Below are positions 54,984-64,000 of a DNA stretch of 64,000 nt, one piece after another. The stretch lies in NCBI GenBank assembly GCA_965113315.1, contig OZ220367.1. One strand, 5' to 3'. The translations under genes were made by a program, and so were the position numbers. How positions within the stretch are numbered: position 1 is the stretch's first letter; each line of letters starts with the position of its first letter. The notes beneath the pieces were generated by a model. It saw nothing but the letters and a program-made list of their open reading frames with translations, was not told the DNA's origin and made no database searches. The DNA is from Podarcis vaucheri (taxonomy: Eukaryota).

Positions 54984-57900
54984 GATTTTCTCTTCAACCT
55001 GCCCTCCATCCTCTTGCGGAAAACTCTTTGCCTGCCCTGCCCTGCCCGTATCTCGTTTTTGCTTTTTAATTCCACACACGCACCCTTCGGACTTCGTGGC
55101 AATCGGGCGCGCGGGTGCGTTTCCTAAGAGAGTGAGGACCCCCGCCTCCTCCCCACCTGCTCCCTCGCCAGCCAGCCAGCCGCGTGCCCTAGCAATCGGC
55201 TGGATCTCCCTTCAGCAGGCCGGGCTCACAACTCGGCCCAGGGACCCCCCAGCAGCGGATCTCCGGCCCAGCTGAAGAATCCGGCAACAAGCCCCCTCCT
55301 CCCCAATCGCTCCGTCGAAATACGCTCCAAAACCCCCCAGATAGGCCGCCGGCCGCCATGTCTCGTGGCGCCCTGAGCGAGGGTCTCTCCCCAACACCGC
55401 CACCTCGAACTGTGTTCTCCCGGCTACCCGAGCGAAGCAGCGGCAGGACCCCGGTATGGGCCCCCCCAATATTTTTTATAAGTCGGCGCCCCTGAACATT
55501 TTTATTAGCTGCTTTGAAAATTGAGTGTGTCTGGGTCCCCACACACTCTGGATTGTTTAACCTTTTCCTCCAAACATCCATCTCCTGATGTAATTTCCCC
55601 CACACCCTGCCCCAAACTATTTTTTAAAGTCAGGAACACCATCTGCACCTTTTCCTTCCCCCGCCCCAATGCCTCACTACTCATGGAGATAATAACAATG
55701 GGGGGGGGGAGGGATTTACATAAGGGAAAGGACTAAAACCCTGTCCAGAGTAGCCACATGAGGGTGCTTATTTAGTTTTCTCCTTCTCCTTAACACATAC
55801 TGTAATCCTAATCCCAGATCTCCAACATGCCAAAGTTACACAAGAACAGCCCTATACTACCCAGCTCCCTTGCTGATTTGGAAACTCAAAACATTTGCTA
55901 TCACCATCTTGCCACATTTTAAATCCCCGATAGGCTGCAATATTTGCCAGCAAACATGGAGTTCCTGTCCATGAAACTGACAAGTAATCTATACACTGCC
56001 ATTCATACTTAGCAGAGTTTTTAAAACTCACCTATCCAGCCTTAAAGATTATTATACCAAGTAATATAGAAGCAGAGGACAGGAAATGAACCTCCCTTCT
56101 TGAAATGCTTCCTGAATTGCGGAGGTGGCTGTGGCCTTCCCTGCAGAATGGGATGCCAATCTTGCTCATAGGTAGCAAGGCTTTAGGTTAAAATCAAACC
56201 AGGTATTATTGTTGTTTATTAAATATCTATACTGCCCTTTATCCGAGGATCACAGGGCTGTTTACAATATAAAACACAACACTATTCCCCACTTCAAAAA
56301 GAGGAAAAATTAATTATGGTAAAATCAAAATGGAACATCAATTGTCCAAGATTTAGATCATGGTGATTTAATATCCTGTGCTTGACTTTTCCCACATAGT
56401 TAAGCCATAAGAATGGAAATCTGCAATTAGCTAAAGGTGTGCTTAATAATGGTGATCAATGCTCTGTCTTTACTTAATGAGCTGTTAAATTGCATCCCTG
56501 AGATAGATCACTAAGACCAGCCTGCCATTGTAGCTGGGAGGTGAAGTGCTGTGTTGCAATGGTGAGGGCATTGTGCTCTCTTTCTAACACAGATACACAC
56601 CATGCTTTCCTCCTAGCAGGACTGAAAGGACTTGATAGCAATGTTCTTCATTTGCCCTCTTGATTTACAAAGTCCCAGTGTTTTGGTCCTGAAGGGTTAC
56701 TATGAATATGGTCTCATAAGTTTCCCACTAGCCTCAAACACTGCAGCGAGACTGTATCTCCTGCTGCCACCCCCCATAGCCTTCTTTTATATCCAGGTGA
56801 TTGTAAAGGCCTTCTAAGTGCACAACAAGCAACCCAATTGCTTTCGAGCTCAGGTTGATTCAGCCTTCCAGCTGCAAGCTTTGAACATAATGCTCTTGCA
56901 AGATATGCTGGTCTATTATTGAGGTGTATGTGATGGATTTGTTATCTGATCTGTACCAGCATTTGAATAAGCACTCTTTCACAGCTGCTTTTGTTTTAAT
57001 ACAGCCAAACAGCAGCAACAAGTGATGGAAGATGTATATAACTGCATGCTGTATCTATTTTGGCTATGTTTGCTAATACATCAAGGCTGTTGGAGTCCAT
57101 TCTTTTTGTGTCTAAGCCTTTGTGAAATGCTCCAGGCCAGAGTAAATCAAGTAGCCACTGGAGGTTTAGCATTGAGGTGAAAGCTATTTCAGACAATGCA
57201 GGTATGACTCAAAGCAGCTTTACGTCCTGCAAAGAAGTCACTAAACAGGAATGATTCTGTCATCTTAAAAAATGGTCTTTATTTCTTAAATTCAAATGTA
57301 TGCATGGTACACTCCCTTCTATTGATCTTGTAACAAACTGAAAGAAATGCAGAGAGGAAGAGTTGGTTTTGCGCACAGAGCAATTAACAACCAGAACAAG
57401 TAAAAACTACCATCTCCAACAAACCAAATGGAAAGTGTACCCAAATGGGTATGTGGTTTGTTTTTTTTTGGTGCCAGGAAGAATGAATTATTCCCACTTG
57501 GGGGGGGGCAGTTCACACATGCATGAACATCACTTGATGACATGCAACTGACAAGTCTTGTCTATGCATGCAGCAGAGTGAGCTGCTTGAGTTCTGAGGT
57601 TACATAATGGATTTTACCACTTCCAACTAGGGCTGAGGAAGGAAACCACTTTGATGTTCAAAATAAATAAATCCCTGCAAATAGCAAAGTATGAAGCAGG
57701 CTGCACCAAAAGCTTTATTCCTTCCATGTTATATGTCTGTATGTGTTTGTCTATATGTCTTTACTGTTTATATGGAGGAGTGTGGGATTTTGCCTAGGGG
57801 AGACCTGAAATTGCACCCACCCACCCCCTACACCCGCAGTATGAAATGGTGCAGTCTGTCACTGTCACAGGATTCCAGTTCTAAATATATGAACCTACTC

Positions 57901-59029
57901 TATTGAAAAGTATTAAGTTTTTAGATGATGTCAGGTGCTTGATCTGTGGTGGCTTTTGCAGATGTTTGTAGCCTCTGAGAAGGAGCTCCCAGTCTCTCTC
58001 TAAGGTATTTCCTTTCAAGAGGCACTCAACTCTCGTTTTAACTACATCCTTGATTCACCAGAAGAGCACAAAGTCTGATTCCTGAGGTCCCACAACTGGT
58101 TCAGAGAGAACATCTGAGAAGCAGCTCTTGAGAAGCACCCATGATTCTTCCCCAAAGCCATGCCTGCACCTTAGGAGATGAAGAGGCTGCATCCATGAGA
58201 GTTGCTCATGCCACAGAAAGTTGAGTGTTGTATCTAGTAATCAAATTGTGCTGTTTGTTTTACTTCTGCGCTCTAAAATTTACTGTTCTCATCTCACATG
58301 TATACTGCCCATCTCATATCTGCTGCAGACTTGCCTGTACACCTCATGCCCCATTAAATCAATATGCTTCTAGTCTATAGGGTGCCAGAACACTTTTTGC
58401 CCTCCTCCTGCTCACAGAGCTGCTTTCTGGGAAGTTCTATGAGGTATACTTATAGTTACCTATGTAGAGCTTGTCTGGCATCTCCCTGAGACAGGGAGCA
58501 ATTACCCAAAAAGCTTTGATTAACTCTTATTTGACAGCAATTGAGAAAAATAACCTTGGCCAGAAGAGTTTTTGGCACTGATTATTTAACCTGACATCAT
58601 GTGTCCTGTTGGCAGACCCTGGGAGGCGATATCCATCTGGAACCACTTACGTTATTCATTGTTTCTTACATTTGTTTTTAATTTGCCCTTATTTGACTCT
58701 GGCTGTGACCACCTAGCTGACTGCAGTATATACACTCCCATTCCTTTTTCCTGGGCTCAGGTTTTACACTCTGCTTACAAACAAACAAAAACCAACCAAC
58801 CAACCAACCAAAGGATGGAGACAACAGAGGATGGCAGTCAACTCTTCCCATCACAGTCCATAAATCGACCCCTCCCACAGAGCCCCAGGTCAACAGCCAG
58901 CTGCTCAATCCCAAGATTTCCCCCAGCTTTTGAGGGCTGAACAGAATGGGACTATAATATCCCATCCAGCAAGTGGCTAGAGAGCAGCTTTTCCTCCCTC
59001 TTTCATAATACTAGAGCCCCAGAGTCACC

Positions 59030-59318
59030 TAATGGTAGACCATTCAAGACAGACAAGAGGACTACAAGACTCTGGTTACAGCCACCAATTTGTATAGCTT
59101 TAACATGGGATTAGATAAATTCATGGTGGGCAAGGCTATCAATGCTGAGAGTCACAATGGTTGTCTAATACTTCCAGGAAGAGAGGCAACAGGGAGACGG
59201 AGAGGGCTATTGCTCTTGGGTCCTGCTTGTGGACATCTGGTTGACTGCTGTGTGAAAACAGCACACTGGACTAGATAAACTTTTGGGTTGATCCAACAAG
59301 GCTACTCATGTTCTTATG
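59030..59318 (+). mobile_element. CR1-type LINE 3' end fragment
   Basis: GGATTAGATAAATTCATG ... GGACTAGAT ... TGATCCAACAAGGC ... ATGTTCTTATG terminus. Confidence 0.6.
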
Positions 59319-60739
59319 GACTCCGGGATCAACACAGGTTGTTTATAAGGCGCAGTTCTGTCCTCTGTGACCAGTGTGGGCTGCATTGATAGGTTGAACT
59401 ATTGGAGAGGATGAAATTCTATGATTGCATTGAAACAACTTGGGTCAATAATAACAACAGTAGCATTGGCAAAACATTTCACTGTCTGCAAAGCGTTTCA
59501 CATATATGTAGACCTTTTAGAAGAAAAAAAAATCCCAAAAGTGAGTGGTTTTATCCTCATATTGCAGTGGGGGATTAAGGCTGAGAGCCAAACTTGATGT
59601 GACATTATTTTGCCATGGGCTTTAAAAAAAAATAAAAATAGCTGCTGTGGAGGAGGGAGGCTTCAAGCTTTTGCCCCCACCCTGGACCCAATCTGAATGG
59701 AATGATTCCACACCTGCTATCTGCAATGACAGGGAAGCTCTCGCTGGGAACAAGAACCTGTGGTTTTTAGTTCAGTGCCAGGACTCAGCACCAGTCCCCT
59801 GAATATATGCAGAGTTTAATTTCAGCCAGGTGTCACAAAGGTTTAAAATCTGGAAGCTGTCTTCAGTGCCTGTGAATCTGCCTTCATTATGTAATACTCT
59901 GTGTCTAACTAGAACGAGTTCCAGGTTTATTAAAGAGAAGGTGGGAAGCATAAGAGAAAATGAAACAAGCTGCACAATACACAAAAGTAAAATGCACCTA
60001 CAAGTCTAATATTAGACAGGCAGGAGCTTAACTTCCAGCACTGTAACCCCTAAGGGGCCACAGCAGCATATTAGAAATTCAAACTAAGTAAAGCAATGTA
60101 GTTCACTCTTTTAAAAAAAGCTCTGCAGAAAAGTGGGAAACCACTTAGATCTTACAACTCATGAACAAATCAAAAGAGGGAGGGAAGATAAATTTCAACA
60201 TTTTTGGCCATGACCAGAGGCAGGATGCTGAACTAGAGAGGCCACTGGTCTGATCCAGCAGGCTCTCCTTATGTTCTTAAAAGTAACTGGTACATATATA
60301 TATATTTGGAACTCTCTATGGACTGAGTAGAAAACAGGATTTCTCTTTTCACTATGTACCCCACTGTACCATCCTCACATTAGAGATCTTGGTGTGCTGG
60401 TAATTGGTAGCTGGCCCCCTCACCACACTTTTCTATTCACATTAGCTGAAAGATGGGCTGTGGATTGGACTCTGGCAGAGATTTCCTCTTTGTTTGACAT
60501 CTTTCAAGAGAAATACCACCGGCTATTTGATAGACTATCAAAGGAAATTGTTCCTCTTTGTAACAGCTAAAAAGCCAGGCTAGATAAAGTGTACATTTTG
60601 GCATTTTTTTTTTAAAAAAAATATTGTGGTGGGATAGAGAGAGAATGTCATTCTGGAGATAGGAGTACTGTACTGTACTATATAAAAAGAGAAAAACAGC
60701 TAGAGTTAGGGAATTTGGTGAGGTATAGTTACAGTATAA

Positions 60740-61105
60740 GGGACGTGGGTGGCGCTGTGGGTTAAACCACAGAGCCTAGGACTTGCTGATCAGAAGATCG
60801 GCGGTTCGAATCCCCATGACGGGGTGAGCTCCCGTTGCTCAGTCCCTGCTCCTGCCAACCTAGCAGTTTGAAAGCACGTCAAAGTGCAAGTAGATAAATA
60901 GGTACCACTCCAGCGGGAAGGTAAACGGCATTTCCGTGCGCTGCTCTGGTTCGCCAGAAGCGGCTTAGTCATGCTGGCCACATGACCCGGAAGCTGTCTG
61001 CGGACAAACGCCGGCTCCCTTGGCCAATAAAGCGAGATGAGCACCGCAACCCCAGAGTCAGCCACGACTGGACCTGATGGTCAGGGGTCCCTTTACCTTT
61101 ACCTT
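60740..61105 (+). mobile_element. Sauria SINE
   Basis: Full-length copy with A and B boxes and (ACCTTT)n tail; 13-bp TSD TAGTTACAGTATA (60726-60738 / 61106-61118). Confidence 0.94.
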
Positions 61106-61143
61106 TAGTTACAGTATATCCTTGCCCTTGAATCACTTGAATC

Positions 61144-61302
61144 TACCTGGGCAGTTATCTTTCTACAAGGGCTGACATTGATGCAGAAATCCAGCATCGC
61201 CTGAGCTCTGCGAGTGCGGCTTTCTCCCTGTTGAAGTGCAGAGGGTTTGAGGACCAGGACATTCGTAGGGAAACCAAAATGCTTGTTTACAAAGCTATTG
61301 TA
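61144..61302 (+). mobile_element. RTE-clade LINE internal RT fragment
   Basis: YLGSYLSTRADIDAEIQHRLSSASAAFSLLKCRGFEDQDIRRETKMLVYKAIV, the post-YLG region of RTE reverse transcriptases. Confidence 0.75.
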
Positions 61303-63344
61303 CCCTTGAACCATGGAACACTGCTAAAATGCAAGCCTTTAAAGTAAAAAGTGAAATATATATTGAAAGTGCATTTAGCCACAGGTTAGAATTTGTGTTT
61401 TTATATTATTTCAAACCAGTATTGATTCCTTCATCCTTACCAACTCCATACATTTTTTAAATAAACCAAATTGGATTTGGTTTGGGCTCTATGATCCTAA
61501 TGAATCTTTACTGCTTCTGACAGATCTCCTAAAGGTGTGGGCTCAGCATGTGCTCTTTGCTGCAGGGCGAAACTGGCAGGGCTAGCAGCATCCCTAGAAG
61601 AGAAAAGGCAGCCTTCTGCCTTCCAAATAAAATGGAAGCTTTTGTCGGGCTCCCATACGTCTGGGTTTCCCTGGACATTACTGGGATTTCAAAGGCAGAA
61701 TTGACATTGGGGGTGGGGTGGGGATTTCCCAAAGGCAGCACTTTGTCCTGGATCTTAGGCAAGTCAATTGAAATAAAAAATTGGGGGGGGGGGGTAAACA
61801 ACCTTGAGGTTTGTGTAAAAAAATCCTAACAAGTTCAGTGGTTTTATTTAAAAATAAACCAGCTCAACAACATTCAGGATATCCTGGTTTTTAGTTTTTG
61901 ATATATGGCAAGCTTTTGCCCTTTTTGCATACGGCAACTTGCACCAAGGAGACATGAACCACAGCCTCTCTTGATTTGCCCTGGTACTTCAGGGCAAAGG
62001 AATCTGTCTTACTGTGAGTGTTCCCTTTCTTGTGCCAGTGGGATTAGCTCAATGGCTTATTGATCAGTTTCCCTTCTTCTTGGCTGCAAGGTTCTCCAAG
62101 AGAAGGGCAGCTGCTTTGTCCCTAGTGTGCAGCCCTGTTGCGGAACAATTATGGACACCCTCTGAGCCTATATATATCTTCTTACAATACCTTCGGAGTT
62201 CTCACCATGTCAGTGACGGCCACTCTATTCTGACATTTATGCCCTCGCCCTCTGGTCTTGTGGTGCCTTCCAAATAACTCCACTGAAGACCTTGGTTCAA
62301 ACTGACCCACTCCTACCACGTCCCTGATTCCCCCTGTGGGCACAGGCAAGAGCTTTTTCTTGTCCCCCTCATGCTTCAACTTTGCAAACAAGTTGAATCA
62401 GAGTCAGATTGCCTCCCCATTTCTGTCTCTCTTTCTTTCTCTTCAGCAATTAATTTGTGGAAGGAGCTGCATCATTTTCTCCCACTGCCTCCTAAGCGAA
62501 ATGTGTGTCTCATTTGCTGTGGGAATGCTGAACGCTGTATTCAGTATTTAGAGCACGAGCAAGGAAAACCTCAAATTAATAACCCTCCCACTCACCATCG
62601 GAGTGAATGGGGGTGGAGGAGAGGGAGGGAGGGCCGCATGCAAGCAGGAGAAATGATTAGAAAGAGATTTTCTATCAAGGCAAGAGCTCAAGAAGAGGGG
62701 GAAGGAAAGCAGGAGAAGGGCGCTGGGAGCCACAAGAGCAAGAGGTGATCTCCTTCCTGGGTCTGTGTGTGGGTACCACCAGCTCCGCAATGTAGGGGGC
62801 TGGAGGAGGCGTTACTGCTCATCAGAGGACAACCTGGAGTCAAGGTAGCCTACGCCACCCAGGCTTTTTGAACGAGAAAATGTGGAATAGCCAGTGGTCT
62901 TCTTTTGATTGGTCCTAGGGGTGTGAGAATACTAGGCATATTTCTCCTTTGCCTTGAACATGGTGAGACAGGTGCCAAGATAGTGTTTTCTCCGGAGAGA
63001 CTATATGCAAGAAAGTTCCAGGGAAAGGGAATGGGGAGGAGTAGGACAGAGAGCACTTGCCAAGGCCAGTAAAACTCTCATGGGGAGAGACACCTCTAGG
63101 AGCATAAAGGACCTAGAAGCAGCAGCAATAGATTGCCCTTCCTCCAGACTCTGGGCCCTTGCAAGACCATCTTACGTGGGCTGCCCTTTGGGGCTTGGGG
63201 TTAAGTCAGGGAAGGATAGGGAAATCAGCTGGTTTTGAGAAAGTGTTATTCTGTGTCAATGAGCTTTGCTTTGTCGCTTGCCCCCAAGCCATGGGAGGAG
63301 GGATGGGGGCTATTTTAATTGGCACAAAGTAAAATCTGAACATT

Positions 63345-63629
63345 GGGAAGAGGGTGGCGCTGTGGGTTAAACCACAGAGCCTAGGAGTTGCCGATCAGAA
63401 GTTCGAAAGCATGTCAAAGTGCAAGTAGATAAATAGGTACTGCTCTGGTGGGAAGGTAAACGGCATTTCCGTGCGCTGCTCTGGTTCGCCAGAAGCGCCT
63501 TAGTCATTGCTGGCCACATGACCCGGAAGCTGTACGCCGGCTCCCTCGGCCAATAAAGCGAGATGAGTGCCGCAACCCCAGAGTTGGCCACAACTGGACC
63601 TAATGGTCAGGGGTCCCTTTACCTTTACC
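63345..63629 (+). mobile_element. Sauria SINE with an internal deletion removing the B box
   Basis: CAGAAG is joined directly to TTCGAAAGC; 12-bp TSD TAAAATCTGAAC (63330-63341 / 63630-63641). Confidence 0.9.
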
Positions 63630-63759
63630 TAAAATCTGAACTAAGCTTGGTTTTTCATATTGTGACTCTCATTACTCCAAGTTCACAAAGGGAATGGCCT
63701 CTCTTTTTGTCCCTAGGAGCCATTGGGAGAAATTCAATGTAGAGCTGTTATTCGTTATG

Positions 63760-63953
63760 TTTATATCCCTCCTTTCATCTAAGGAGCTCAGGTGTGCGTA
63801 CATTCTTTTGGTTTCATCCTCACAACAACCCTGAGAGGCAGGTAAGGCTGAGAGGCAGTGGCTGGCCCAAGGTCACCCAGAAAGCTTCATGGCTCAGTGG
63901 GGATGTGAACCCTAACCTTGCAGGTCCAACACTCTTAACCACACCACCACACT
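63760..63953 (-). mobile_element. MIR-like/CORE-type tRNA SINE
   Basis: ATCCTCACAACAACCCTG..AGG ... GCCCAAGGTCACCCAG ... GAACCC pattern. Confidence 0.7.
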
Positions 63954-64000
63954 AGTGCTATGGCAATTGTTCTGTCGGAGCAAGCTTCTCATCCCCATGT

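Larger units (their letters stand above)
53148..55494. mobile_element. Non-autonomous hAT-type DNA transposon carrying captured CpG-island DNA (Pack-type element)
   Basis: TIRs CATAGGTGCCGACT / AGTCGGCGCCCCTG (11 of 14 match as inverted repeats); perfect 8-bp TSD AACATTTT at 53140-53147 and 55495-55502; no transposase; abrupt GC/CpG shift at both ends. Confidence 0.9.

Noticed and set aside
54537-55079. 180-aa ORF as a gene
   Set aside because: Chance fusion of flanking cargo sequence to a truncated L1 ORF2; it ends at a premature stop.
53148-55494. Native CpG-island promoter or first exon of KCNIP2
   Set aside because: No KCNIP2-like coding sequence was recognised anywhere in the window, and the island's edges coincide with the TIRs and TSD.

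Overview
Vertebrate genomic DNA, most likely a lacertid lizard (five Sauria-SINE copies of the Podarcis/Lacerta type). The only host gene I can support is the 3' end of ARMH3 (C10orf76) on the + strand. Its last three coding exons are at 14103-14181, 38695-38811 and 40767-40859, followed by a 3' UTR. The rest is intron and intergenic DNA with transposable elements: a near-intact L1 at 1-4418 (a single nonsense codon in ORF2), Sauria SINEs with target-site duplications (TSDs), L2, CR1 and RTE fragments, MITEs and microsatellites. The standout is the CpG island at 53148-55494. It is a non-autonomous hAT-type DNA transposon with imperfect 14-bp TIRs and a perfect 8-bp TSD (AACATTTT). It carries about 1.2 kb of captured CpG-rich host DNA, including a splice acceptor and the N-terminal coding exon fragment of a TAL1/SCL-like gene, plus promoter-like pieces. 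A 5'-truncated L1 later inserted into it with its own 10-bp TSD. This looks like a Pack-type gene-capturing transposon in a reptile. Protein and repeat-family identities are from recognition, not database searches.
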